From: a virus
Taxonomy: Duplodnaviria > Caudoviricetes
Length of the DNA stretch: 64,000 nucleotides
IMG/VR virus record: IMGVR_UViG_3300042356_000309
Location: 2,235 to 66,234 of that record
Direction: 5' to 3' (one strand)
Positions 25,497 through 35,678 of this stretch are shown here, one piece after another. The position numbers were made by a program, and so were the translations under genes. Position 1 is the first letter of the stretch. Each line of letters starts with the position of its first letter. The notes under the pieces were generated by a model. The model was not told where the DNA came from. It searched no databases and saw nothing but the letters and a program-made list of their open reading frames with translations.

Positions 25497-26239
25497 GGAT
25501 AACTTTTAAATACTGAAGACTCTATAGAGAATAGCTCAAACTGTGAAGTAGACTTAGGCGTGTTAATTGTAAGCTCTACCTGCATGTAGTACCCCCTAAG
25601 TCCGTAAGACTCAACCATATTGTTTTTAGCTATAAGTATATACATACCGTAAAAAAGAGGAGGCCCAACTAATGACGAAAAACTAATAGTGCTCGATGAA
25701 ACATTAATAGCCTGTCCTAGATAAACTAACTGTCCTAATCCATCAAGTGTATAAACCCTGTCAGTTACAGAAACTTTATTTTCTATTTCATATGAAAAAC
25801 TCATAGAAAGTGATGTAAAGGATGTTAAAGCTCCAACTCCCTGTACTGATAATGAAGCTGTGTCAACAGTATTGTCGTCTGGCCTTCTAATAAATGCGTA
25901 CCACTCACCCTCCTTAGCCTTGAAGTAGCTATCATCAATAATACCTATCTCTAGATCTGTAAGTAAATCAGCGTCCCAAGACTTGTCACTGTCAATAACT
26001 AGCGTCTTAAACATCTTTATCTCCGTAGGACTTTCATTTAATACAGTCTTTATAGAAGATGGATACTGAGTTCCGTAGAAAGTATTTCTAGATACGTTTG
26101 TATCGTGCTTGTATAGATTTCCATCACTCCATGTATAGAAAGTATTATTCATACCAATCATCCAGTCTGGTATGAACGCCCACCTAGAGGTCCATCCGCT
26201 GGACATTGTAGAGTATGTAAGTGTAACAGGAGGATTCAT
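25493..26239 (-). CDS. tail nozzle/stabilization protein, C-terminal-type module
   Basis: TLTYS...GWTS, KxFKTL, KEGEWYAFI, GLRGYY and ELFS motifs. Confidence 0.65.
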   Translation of the reverse strand: MNPPVTLTYSTMSSGWTSRWAFIPDWMIGMNNTFYTWSDGNLYKHDTNVSRNTFYGTQYPSSIKTVLNESPTEIKMFKTLVIDSDKSWDADLLTDLEIGIIDDSYFKAKEGEWYAFIRRPDDNTVDTASLSVQGVGALTSFTSLSMSFSYEIENKVSVTDRVYTLDGLGQLVYLGQAINVSSSTISFSSLVGPPLFYGMYILIAKNNMVESYGLRGYYMQVELTINTPKSTSQFELFSIESSVFKSYP

Positions 26240-26258
26240 ATTTGCAAAGGTACTAAAA

Positions 26259-27176
26259 TTACACCAAACAGCTATCGATAGATTTCATAAAGTTATAGTA
26301 GTTGTAAGAACACCTATCTTTATTAACGTCAATCTCTTCATTAAACGGGTACGAGTCTATGTAGTTTGCCTTAAAGAACATACCCTGTTTCTCGTCCTGT
26401 ACCCCAGCATTATGGAAGAAGTAGTGCGTGTCCCAGCTAGATATTGGGCACGTTGCCCAACAAAAATCAAACTCATCTGGAACCCTTACCTCATGACCAA
26501 ACTTCCATGCCGTCCATAGTTCTGACCACATAGACGCAGTCCATACCTGTATGCCGTATGGATCACCTTCCTTCTTAAGATTTGTTAACTTAACAAGTTC
26601 ATCGTATAGGTTTCTAGAGTTCTTGTAAACCTCAGCCCAGTATACGTGATCAATGTTCTTCATTAGTTTCTGAGCACCACCAGAGTTATCTTGATTATCC
26701 TCAACTAGTTTCCTGTCAACACCGATAACCTCACACATCTTGTTTAGAACATCCTCTGACTTACTCTTTATATAGTTCGCTCCTATATAGCTGATCGTGT
26801 CACTGAAGTACCACGTGTCGTCATTAAGGTATGGGCTAAAGTCGAAGTACTTGGTAAACAAGAAGTCGCAGTCATGGAAGAATATAGCGTCATCCTTAAG
26901 GTACGGATGTTCTCTAAAGTGCTGCTCCAACATATACGACTGTATCGCTGGAGGATAGTTACACTCTCCCATATTGTCTTCATAGAAGAAGAATCTTACG
27001 TATGGGAACTTGGCCTGTATCTTTCTCCAAGACTCTGGAATCTCTTCCATATAACAGGCCACCACATCTATATCATTACCACTGTATCCTAGAGATAGGA
27101 AGTTGTGTAGATAAACCTCAACCTGCCAAGCATAGTAATCAATAGCTGGTTGAGCAGAAAGAAATCTTAAACGCAT
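26259..27176 (-). CDS. GT-A glycosyltransferase resembling peptide O-glycosyltransferases (HPAT/SGT1-like)
   Basis: YYxWQ, Y-P-x-I, FFHDCDFLF (DxD), WTAxMW and HNAG motifs. Confidence 0.7.
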   Translation of the reverse strand: MRLRFLSAQPAIDYYAWQVEVYLHNFLSLGYSGNDIDVVACYMEEIPESWRKIQAKFPYVRFFFYEDNMGECNYPPAIQSYMLEQHFREHPYLKDDAIFFHDCDFLFTKYFDFSPYLNDDTWYFSDTISYIGANYIKSKSEDVLNKMCEVIGVDRKLVEDNQDNSGGAQKLMKNIDHVYWAEVYKNSRNLYDELVKLTNLKKEGDPYGIQVWTASMWSELWTAWKFGHEVRVPDEFDFCWATCPISSWDTHYFFHNAGVQDEKQGMFFKANYIDSYPFNEEIDVNKDRCSYNYYNFMKSIDSCLV

Positions 27177-30031
27177 AAAGTACTATTTCCTGTCCAATTA
27201 GTTCCGTCCCACTCGTATGCAACTGTAGTAGCTAACTGCAAGTAATAGTTTGCAGGAGCCAATACATATACACCTAAAACATATTCGTATATACTATTAG
27301 TATATACTCCAACTGTACCATCTATAAAGAACTCACCTATAGGTGACTCGCATATAGTGTCAGCATCACCATGTCTAAAGTATGAACTTGTAGGAGGTGC
27401 AGCAGTTGTTGTAGTTGTAGTAGTCGTAGTAGTAGTCGTAGTAGTAGTTGTAGTTGTAGTCGTTGTTGTGATACCTGTACAGTCCACACAGTTGTCATAC
27501 GTAAATAACACACTAGATACAGCTACCCCTGGAGATGCTGAGCCAAGTATTGTATAACATACATTATTAGCGCACTTAACTACCTCACCTGGAGATAGTG
27601 TACTAAACGACTGATGTGAAATTAAAACTGTTGCTCCTGCAACACATACTCTTGCTAAATAATATGATGTAGGCAGCGTAGTAGTTGTAGTAGTTGTAGT
27701 AACTCCAGAACAAGCAACAATCAATAGAACCTGTCCAGTACTTGCAACCTGCATGGCGTATGCCGCTCCATCAAAGAAGTAGTACCACCCATTGCCACCA
27801 GCAAGTGGAATAGTTCCAATAGAGTTTGTATATACAAAGTCATTTACAACTGGATACGGATTAGTTCCATTATGATAGTAAGTTGAAAGTGGACCAGTAG
27901 AGTTAGCACAGGCATCGTAAGATGAAAGCTGTCTATCTGGATCCATACTAAACGCAGTAAATACTGGAGCAGTCGTTGTTGTGGTTGTGGTTGTAGTTGT
28001 TGTAATATTTAAACATGTGGCACAGTCTCCATACGGACCAACAGTATTATCTATTAAAACATATGGATACGAAGCTGTAGTTGTTGCTGTTATCTCCCAA
28101 CAGTTTCCATCAGTTGTTTTAACATAGTCTCCAACAATAAATCCACTAGTTGTTGTGTCTACTAGTGTAGCTATAACTAAACCATCTGGACACAATGTAG
28201 CTGTAAACCAGTCACCAGTTGGAAGTGTAGTAGTTGTAGTAGTAGTTGTAGTTGACGTTGTTGTCGTAGTAGATACTGGGCACTCGTTCTTGTCACATAC
28301 TGTTCCAGTTTCACAAACCTTTATTGAGTATGTAGAGTGATCAATCTTATACCATTGGCTGCCACCCATAAACTTTGTAGTGGCCTTGAAGTCAACATAT
28401 ATGTTATCATTTATATCTGGAACCCTTCCATTACCATCGTGATATAATAAAGTGTATATTGGTGACACAGCGCAAGCTGCATCTCCAGTATCCCCAAAGT
28501 TTTCTACATCTATAGCGAACGGAGTAAGTTTTATTCCAGTTTCTACTGTTATATTTATAGTTTTTGGATCTCCATATCCTAAACAATTTGAAGCTCTTAA
28601 CGTAATATCATAAGAACATGCCTCCTCTGGAGTTCCAAATATCTCTCCAGTCGTATAGTTAAACGACAATCCCTTTGGAAGATAGAAATCTAAGCATGCC
28701 TTATTAAAAGTATATGTACCGTTACCAAGAACAAGAGTAGGTGTAGTGCTAGAGCAGGTTGTTATACTTTCACTGTTCAGTGTTCCAACCGTTATTCTTT
28801 TATTATTACCGTAGCAGTCAACAATATCAAATATAGATCCAGTGTCTCCAGATGTAAATGTATACGAATCACAAGACCCTAACACTCTCCATTCAGTTGG
28901 ATTGTTACTTGCCTGCATAGGAACGTTGATAAAATTTCCTTGAGTAATTACAATGTCCTCTTGAAATATAAATGGAACAGCATACTCTAAGCAGTCACAT
29001 CCTGCAAATGCATTTACAACTCCATTCTCTCCAACTAGCCCATACAATCCACCAGATACTGGAGGTACAGCCATAGACACATCACTTATAAGGTGATACG
29101 AATTATTACCGTTGTATGGACTAAGTCCTGTAGAGTCTGTAAATATCTGATCTCCAGTTACTGGATACAGACCTAATCCATTATGATACATAGCAACGTT
29201 TGCTGTTTGCGAACAAACATTACTAGGTTCTCCATCAGTAGTATCTATATAGAACGTCTTAAGGTACGGGTCAATCCTTGATATGTTCCAAGAAGAATTA
29301 GCAAGAGGAGAGTGTACGTATAGCACAGACTCATCATCTGTAGATGCAGACTTAAAGAACTCTATAGAACCAGATCCGTTATCAACTAGTCCATCATAAG
29401 GAAAAACAAGATTAATATCAGAAGGACTTATTCCAGCAGATATTAAATTATTATAGTTTGCCAGTGTATTTAGACCTACATAACCAGTGTCTTGAATAAC
29501 CCTATCGTTATAGCTAAGTATATACCTAACTGGCTTTAATACTGTATTATAGTTTACTCCAGATATACCTCTCTCGTCTGGGAAAGGAATATTTATATAC
29601 CTCTCTGTAGCTGCGCCAGAGTATGATGCGTATCCAGAAGTAAGACTATCTGTATAGTCCCATATAAGGTATAGATTTTCGTAGTTATTAGGGTTGTTAA
29701 ATACAAACGAACCCTCATACTTTCCAGCCATCAATACCATAGGTATCTCTGTTGCTAGAGATATAATTATATCCTTTTGAGTGTCATCGTAAAGTACGTC
29801 AGACACTAGGTAGTACACCTTATTATTAAGAGATGGTTCTAAATCCTTTATAAAAGAAGACTTATCTATTGGCACATAAACCTTTATAGTGGCTCCGTCA
29901 TAAGGTATGTAGCCTATACCTCCCTCACCAGTTAACTCGTTAAATAGAGCTATCTCGTTTGCCTCTAGTGATACACCGTTTATCTTAAACTCTGAACTTC
30001 CTGTATACTGAAAACTCTGATTTGTATTCAT
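27167..30031 (-). CDS. modular tail fibre/appendage protein with Cys-rich repeats, a putative Ig domain and four poly-Thr linkers
   Basis: Three YHxG...P...D modules, two C...C...CxxC modules, LPxGLSF...GEIxGTP and Thr tracts. Confidence 0.75.
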   Translation of the reverse strand: MNTNQSFQYTGSSEFKINGVSLEANEIALFNELTGEGGIGYIPYDGATIKVYVPIDKSSFIKDLEPSLNNKVYYLVSDVLYDDTQKDIIISLATEIPMVLMAGKYEGSFVFNNPNNYENLYLIWDYTDSLTSGYASYSGAATERYINIPFPDERGISGVNYNTVLKPVRYILSYNDRVIQDTGYVGLNTLANYNNLISAGISPSDINLVFPYDGLVDNGSGSIEFFKSASTDDESVLYVHSPLANSSWNISRIDPYLKTFYIDTTDGEPSNVCSQTANVAMYHNGLGLYPVTGDQIFTDSTGLSPYNGNNSYHLISDVSMAVPPVSGGLYGLVGENGVVNAFAGCDCLEYAVPFIFQEDIVITQGNFINVPMQASNNPTEWRVLGSCDSYTFTSGDTGSIFDIVDCYGNNKRITVGTLNSESITTCSSTTPTLVLGNGTYTFNKACLDFYLPKGLSFNYTTGEIFGTPEEACSYDITLRASNCLGYGDPKTINITVETGIKLTPFAIDVENFGDTGDAACAVSPIYTLLYHDGNGRVPDINDNIYVDFKATTKFMGGSQWYKIDHSTYSIKVCETGTVCDKNECPVSTTTTTSTTTTTTTTTLPTGDWFTATLCPDGLVIATLVDTTTSGFIVGDYVKTTDGNCWEITATTTASYPYVLIDNTVGPYGDCATCLNITTTTTTTTTTTAPVFTAFSMDPDRQLSSYDACANSTGPLSTYYHNGTNPYPVVNDFVYTNSIGTIPLAGGNGWYYFFDGAAYAMQVASTGQVLLIVACSGVTTTTTTTTLPTSYYLARVCVAGATVLISHQSFSTLSPGEVVKCANNVCYTILGSASPGVAVSSVLFTYDNCVDCTGITTTTTTTTTTTTTTTTTTTTTTAAPPTSSYFRHGDADTICESPIGEFFIDGTVGVYTNSIYEYVLGVYVLAPANYYLQLATTVAYEWDGTNWTGNSTLCV
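27404..28270 (-). repeat. four (ACN)n poly-threonine tracts near 27404-27469, 27677-27700, 27971-28003 and 28225-28270
   Basis: Direct reading; mixed ACT/ACA/ACG/ACC codons; the longest is about 22 Thr. Confidence 0.95.
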
Positions 30032-33000
30032 TATTTAATCAGTTTATTATTTCTTACTATGGTAACTACATTTAACCCTTTGCTTCTAGCCTGCTTCAAT
30101 GTAAAGCTAACAGTTTTTCCGCAATAAGTAACAACAAATCCCATACTTCTTACTACTCCAGTTGTATTCTGTGAAACCTGTGCAGATATTACAGCGTCAC
30201 CTGTCCCAGCAGATATAAATCCAGTAGCCCAGTTTGTACCAAATCCAAGGTCAGTAACACTAATCGTCCAAGATACATCTGTTGTTATCCTAAATAGTTC
30301 GACTAAGTTACCAAAAGTTCCATTAACATTTATAATTCTTTCTGTTCTATTTATCGACAATTTACAACCAAGTATACTTATGTTGTTTGAAGACAGTGTA
30401 TACAAATGATTATGAGGGTCGTAGCATCCTATCTTCTGAGTATCACCGTAGTTCTGCATCATGTCTATGAAGTAGTCCTTCATACCGTTTGCAGATATTT
30501 CAGCTATCTGATTTCCTGCCATCTGAAGAACTGCACCTCTGTTTGCATCTGTAAAGAATATATCGTCACCCCACATTGCAAAAGACTCTGGGTTTCTGCT
30601 TATACCATACTCACCTGGAAACGCTATCTGTGTTCCCAATACCTGTGGTATTGATACTATCTGCCCACCTCCAGCAGAATCTGATAGTAGGTTCTTTTCA
30701 TAAAGAACAGAGCTCACCTTGTTTTCTTGGAAAACAAGAACGTCTGTATCTCTAGCATGCATCTTCTGTATTGATCCAAACTCCCCATCAAGATACTTGA
30801 AGTTAGCTATTGAAAGATTAAACTCGTTCAATGAGTTTATGCCTGTGTTTTCTCCAAATATACCACTATAACATATAGCGTTTCTACTAACCTTCTGCTC
30901 GTATCCATCTACAGTCGTTGTAGCTCTTGGGCTATACTTTAGTGTAGCTGCGTTCCAGTCATCTCTTATTCTATAGGTCTCAAGACCATTTGCGTATGAC
31001 CACGCATTGAAGTCAGAGTTTATACTGTATAACGGATTGTTTATCTTTATAACTGCTGGCTGAACAGCTGTTTGGTTCTGATCTATCTGATCATAGCTTG
31101 CTGCTCCTGCAAGAATTTCTGGAGGAGACAGAGCAACATAAGCAAAGTTTATAACAACACTGTACGGACTTGGCACAAATAGAATCTCATAATATCCAGA
31201 AGGTATTACCACACCGACTGTACTTACAGCTGACCTTACAAATATATACTCCCCAACAACAAAGTTATGCATCATATCTGTTGATGTAGGAGAGTTTTGT
31301 GAAACTGGACCTAGAACTGTTTTATTGTTTAGAGGTATACCTGTTATAGATGTACCTGTACTAACAAACTGATTGTAGTTTGCATACTGCCAAACAACCT
31401 CATGCCTTCCAGCCTTTAGTCTGTACGTTCTAGATAGCTCGTGATAGATATCTGTCTCTGATTCATCTGGAACTGTCTCCGCAATGATCTGATTTGATAG
31501 GTGTCTAATATATATACTAGCAGACATTCTGTTTGTAACTCCATTAACGTTGCTTCCAGATATAATCATATATACTGGATAATTTAAAAAGTTTGGAACA
31601 TTTGTTAAAAATGAATCTAGTTCTATATTTGATAGTGGAGTCCCAGATGTTGTTGTTTGAAAATTACCACCCCTTCTAAAAGAAACAGCCTTAGCTCCTA
31701 ATGCGTTTCCATTAACATCTGTATATTGAAAATCAATATATGCTCCAGACTCAACAAACCACTCCTCTATATTTTGATATGTGCTATTACTATAAAATAC
31801 CTGTGGAATATTACTAGCATTTGGATTTTCAGTCTCATTGTAATTTATCTCTATAACATCTCCTGGATATATTATTACATCAGTAGAAATGTTTGGAGTA
31901 ATTGCGCACTGTGGCAAATCATTTGCATCATATACTCCCTTTCCTCCAAAATAATTTAAAGTTGGATTATTATATACAGACCTTATACTAGTTTTCCATA
32001 CATCTCCTACGGAAGGTTGAGAATTCCATATTATATAAAAATTCTGACCATATTGAGATCCTATATTAATAGGAAACGGAACTCCTAATGATATTGTATA
32101 GTTTCCGTTCCACTGTCCACTTGAAGTTATATCTGTTGTCCATCTAAATTCCGTACTACTAACAACCTCTATAGTTATCCTATAATCATTATTTAATACT
32201 GGTACATTATTAGCTGGTACTAACGGTAGCGATACATCTTGAGTTAATGATAATGCGTTACCATTATTTTCTCCATAGTATATTGGATTCTCAACAAAAT
32301 TAGTATTTTGAGAGGATTGAGCTACAGATCCTCCTTCATACCCATATGCTGCATGCCAATAAATTTGAACCCCAACATTTGAATTAAGTTCTGTAGGTGA
32401 GTCAACCTTTATCTTAAAGTATAGACCTGCCTGTGCTCCAGCAATTCCCTCAAATCCTGCTGGCTGCATATTTAACTCTAACACCTTATATTTCTTGTTT
32501 GAGTATGTAGGTCCAGATGAATCAGACTTAAATATAACATACTTGCCTACAGGAACTTTATCTCTGTCAGACTCGTGTATCAAGAAATATCTAAACTGAT
32601 TCTTAGTATAGAAGTATATAGGGAACATATTATAGTACTGTCCCTTTGCCTGCTTTATTACTAACCTATAACTTGTTGCCCATGTAGGAGCATTGTTATA
32701 TATGCTTGCTATTAAACTGTTACCTTTATCTGATTGCGTTGGTGGTATGTACACAGTATTACCGTCAGATGTAAGTGTTGTCGTTGATCTACCATAGTCA
32801 TCTAGGTATACTAGACCAATCTCGTAATCCCTGTCAGATCTGAATGTTTGCAGAGGACCTAAAGGAGTGGTATTATTAGTAGACAGATACTTAAGACCTA
32901 TCCTAACTGGCTCCAACACATCATAGAACTGCGTGTAGTTTCCATACATAACTCTGTTACCAACAAACTCTTGAGCCTTTGCAAGTAGTGGAACATTGTC

Positions 33001-33975
33001 AAATAATCTTGTTACTTGATCGTATGTTATTATGCTGTAAGTCTTGTTGTTGCTAAACGTAAATGTTCTAAATACATTACTTTGAATATTTTGAGCTTGC
33101 TTATTAATTGTCTCTACAATATACACGTTTAGTGCTCTTGTATCAATCATTAGTACCTGCACCTCTTTAACAAACTCGTTTCCAGTAAATACAGTTATAT
33201 TAGCCTCGTTATACCTATTAACCATTGACTTATTGTTTCCAATGTTATAGTCTAGCATGTAGTCTTTAGGCTGGAACGCAACAGATGAGAACGGAGACAT
33301 AGCACTGTACTGATTGTCTAGGTACTTATATCTGTATGCGAAGTATATAAACTTCTCCTCAATATTATTTGACTGAGAGTTATTGTTTAGTTCTAGTCTT
33401 ATCTTTGGAGAATGTAGAGGTGGAGCCAATATAACGTTTATGTCATTATCTATACGTGGGTCGTCTATTGTGTATCCACCTATACCATTCGGTCCAGACT
33501 TAACTCTTGATATGTTTATTCGTCTTGGAGGATTATAGTTGTCAGTCCAAAACAAAAATCCACTGATATAGTTAATACCAGTAACTACAAACTCTTGACT
33601 AAAGTTTAGCTTACTAGGAGTAGTTGGAGATGCCTTCATGCACTGAAGAACTCTTGTACTAGCCCCGTTTGATTGATTGTACTCAAATATACCATCAAAC
33701 TGATCGCAAGCAACGAGCCAGTAAATCAAGTTATCTCTCTCACTAGCTACAGCCCCAATAGTTTTAGCGTTAGTTATATTCTGTACACCAGATAGTGCAG
33801 ACAAACTTGCAACGTTAGTGTTTCCTAACTGATTCCTAGCTGCACCAATGTTACCATTGTCAGACGTATCAACAGTTATATTAAATGCATCAATATATAC
33901 TCCAGGAGGTATTAATCTCTCATCGAGATCTTTATTCATAATCCCTTGGAGGAACGTATTGGTAATATCTGGCAT
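30031..33975 (-). CDS. tail nozzle/stabilization protein (1314 aa) with C-terminal BACON-like domain
   Basis: MNKDLDERL, LFWTDN, FAYRYKY, GNRVMYGNY, GSIQK and YGISxNPESFA motifs; terminal SW...W...G...N...R...Q pattern. Confidence 0.75.
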   Translation of the reverse strand: MPDITNTFLQGIMNKDLDERLIPPGVYIDAFNITVDTSDNGNIGAARNQLGNTNVASLSALSGVQNITNAKTIGAVASERDNLIYWLVACDQFDGIFEYNQSNGASTRVLQCMKASPTTPSKLNFSQEFVVTGINYISGFLFWTDNYNPPRRINISRVKSGPNGIGGYTIDDPRIDNDINVILAPPLHSPKIRLELNNNSQSNNIEEKFIYFAYRYKYLDNQYSAMSPFSSVAFQPKDYMLDYNIGNNKSMVNRYNEANITVFTGNEFVKEVQVLMIDTRALNVYIVETINKQAQNIQSNVFRTFTFSNNKTYSIITYDQVTRLFDNVPLLAKAQEFVGNRVMYGNYTQFYDVLEPVRIGLKYLSTNNTTPLGPLQTFRSDRDYEIGLVYLDDYGRSTTTLTSDGNTVYIPPTQSDKGNSLIASIYNNAPTWATSYRLVIKQAKGQYYNMFPIYFYTKNQFRYFLIHESDRDKVPVGKYVIFKSDSSGPTYSNKKYKVLELNMQPAGFEGIAGAQAGLYFKIKVDSPTELNSNVGVQIYWHAAYGYEGGSVAQSSQNTNFVENPIYYGENNGNALSLTQDVSLPLVPANNVPVLNNDYRITIEVVSSTEFRWTTDITSSGQWNGNYTISLGVPFPINIGSQYGQNFYIIWNSQPSVGDVWKTSIRSVYNNPTLNYFGGKGVYDANDLPQCAITPNISTDVIIYPGDVIEINYNETENPNASNIPQVFYSNSTYQNIEEWFVESGAYIDFQYTDVNGNALGAKAVSFRRGGNFQTTTSGTPLSNIELDSFLTNVPNFLNYPVYMIISGSNVNGVTNRMSASIYIRHLSNQIIAETVPDESETDIYHELSRTYRLKAGRHEVVWQYANYNQFVSTGTSITGIPLNNKTVLGPVSQNSPTSTDMMHNFVVGEYIFVRSAVSTVGVVIPSGYYEILFVPSPYSVVINFAYVALSPPEILAGAASYDQIDQNQTAVQPAVIKINNPLYSINSDFNAWSYANGLETYRIRDDWNAATLKYSPRATTTVDGYEQKVSRNAICYSGIFGENTGINSLNEFNLSIANFKYLDGEFGSIQKMHARDTDVLVFQENKVSSVLYEKNLLSDSAGGGQIVSIPQVLGTQIAFPGEYGISRNPESFAMWGDDIFFTDANRGAVLQMAGNQIAEISANGMKDYFIDMMQNYGDTQKIGCYDPHNHLYTLSSNNISILGCKLSINRTERIINVNGTFGNLVELFRITTDVSWTISVTDLGFGTNWATGFISAGTGDAVISAQVSQNTTGVVRSMGFVVTYCGKTVSFTLKQARSKGLNVVTIVRNNKLIK

Positions 33976-33977
33976 AT

Positions 33978-34880
33978 TTATTTAATTTGTTTTCCTTGAC
34001 CTCTAAGCGACATAAGAAGCCTAGATGGGTGAATGTTACTTAACCTAAGTTTTGCATTTCTCAGTTCAGCTGTCTTCTCAGTTCTTGCTAAATTCTTTTC
34101 GTATATAGGCACTCCATACTTATTATTAAGTAGTGACCACTTAGCGTATCTATATATAAACTCCTCAGCAAACTTATGAATGGTAATATCTGCATCATTA
34201 CCGTTCTCCATACCGTCAGATATGTACTCAAGTATTACAGTCTGTCCTGCAATTCCAGAAGAGAAGTCTATGACACCATTATTTACTCTGAACGATGGTC
34301 CTGCTGAAAGCTCAGATGGGTCAACCATAAACTTAGCTCCAACCTCGTAACCAAAGTACCAGTACCCATCAACACACCATCCGTAGCATCCGCTATATAA
34401 ACCTGGTCCCTCGTAAAGAGTTTTCTCTAGTCTATCAATATCTAATCTAGATGTACCTATAAGAATTTCTCCGTTCTGATCAAATAGTATATTATGGTTG
34501 TTATCCTGTAGGTAACCAAGAGCAGTGTTAACCTTCCTGTTCTCATACAAAGGTCTAAGCAAACCATTTTCAAGAACTGATATCCTAACATAGTTCACGT
34601 AGTCTGATGGAAGGATAAACTTCAAATTATCTCCCACACTCATCTCTATAGACTTTATAGACCTAAGTGCGTCATAGTTAAGCATCTTTATTGCCTGCTT
34701 AATATGGAAAATAACCTCGTAACGTTGCACATTATTAACAGTCTTATCGTTTCCAACGTACATAGCCATAAAGTTGTTTACAGCATCCTTTAGAGATATA
34801 TACTGATACGACCCCCAGTTCTGGTCTTCTGGGACTACACCGTTATTTGTGTAGTACTGATATGGAGTTATATATGGCAT
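33978..34880 (-). CDS. tail adaptor/ring protein
   Basis: LPxDYVNYVRIS and LEYISDG motifs; position in the tail module. Confidence 0.65.
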   Translation of the reverse strand: MPYITPYQYYTNNGVVPEDQNWGSYQYISLKDAVNNFMAMYVGNDKTVNNVQRYEVIFHIKQAIKMLNYDALRSIKSIEMSVGDNLKFILPSDYVNYVRISVLENGLLRPLYENRKVNTALGYLQDNNHNILFDQNGEILIGTSRLDIDRLEKTLYEGPGLYSGCYGWCVDGYWYFGYEVGAKFMVDPSELSAGPSFRVNNGVIDFSSGIAGQTVILEYISDGMENGNDADITIHKFAEEFIYRYAKWSLLNNKYGVPIYEKNLARTEKTAELRNAKLRLSNIHPSRLLMSLRGQGKQIK

Positions 34881-35611
34881 TATTGACCTTTTTCTTGTAT
34901 GTTTTGTAATTCTTCTGTCTTAGCTGCCTGCACAACTTCTGTCTCTCTAATCGATACGCCAGCATACTGAAGTATTTTTAAGACAAGGTCAGCTTCATAG
35001 CTAACTGGCAACTCAAAGTCTTGATACGCAGGAAGAGACGGATTAAATACAGCCTCACCTCCAGATAAAGAGTTATATGTCCAGTTTGGAATTTGTGGGT
35101 ATCTTATATACTGAGCCGTTATAAATCCAATCTGAGATGCTGAATTTAATGTAGTTGGATACAACTGTATAAATGTTGGTGTTGTAATTCCTTCATACAT
35201 AGTGTATACTGGATACGCTACAGATGGTGCTGCAATATTTGACGCAAGTAAGTTATGTATCTTACTGTGAGACACCTTCTCTATTTCAGTTGTATTATTA
35301 TACAAAAGTTTATCTAGATAATAGCAGTCTCCTGGTGCATCAAACCTCTGTGCTATTGGATTAAATGTAAGAACTCCATACTTTGAGAAAGTCTCTATGG
35401 CCTCAGTAAGTTTTTTAGGAATATCAGTGTATCCAGCGTTGTATGACCTTGCATTCTGTGCGTTTACAGCCATGCTGTATCTACTCATTAGAGCATCAAA
35501 TATCTCCATCTGAGCTTGATTAGCGAATAGGTTAAACTCCATAGGAGTAACGTATCCCCTGTTATCCTTACTAATTATGGATAGTACTGTATTTCTTACG
35601 CTATCTATCAT
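34880..35611 (-). CDS. tail tubular/ring protein
   Basis: KDNRGYVTPxEFNLFAxQAQ and YIRYPxxPxW motifs; synteny. Confidence 0.65.
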   Translation of the reverse strand: MIDSVRNTVLSIISKDNRGYVTPMEFNLFANQAQMEIFDALMSRYSMAVNAQNARSYNAGYTDIPKKLTEAIETFSKYGVLTFNPIAQRFDAPGDCYYLDKLLYNNTTEIEKVSHSKIHNLLASNIAAPSVAYPVYTMYEGITTPTFIQLYPTTLNSASQIGFITAQYIRYPQIPNWTYNSLSGGEAVFNPSLPAYQDFELPVSYEADLVLKILQYAGVSIRETEVVQAAKTEELQNIQEKGQ

Positions 35612-35625
35612 AGTGCAAATATAGT

Positions 35626-35660
35626 AAAAAAAAAGAGGTCACAATCTGTGACCCCTTCTC
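35626..35660 (-). terminator. intrinsic terminator
   Basis: GGTCACA/TGTGACC hairpin with an A9 run on the + strand. Confidence 0.75.
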
Positions 35661-35678
35661 TAATAATAAATAATATTA

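Noticed and set aside
27357-28340. Poly-Val ORFs on the + strand
   Set aside because: Antisense shadows of the poly-Thr codons.
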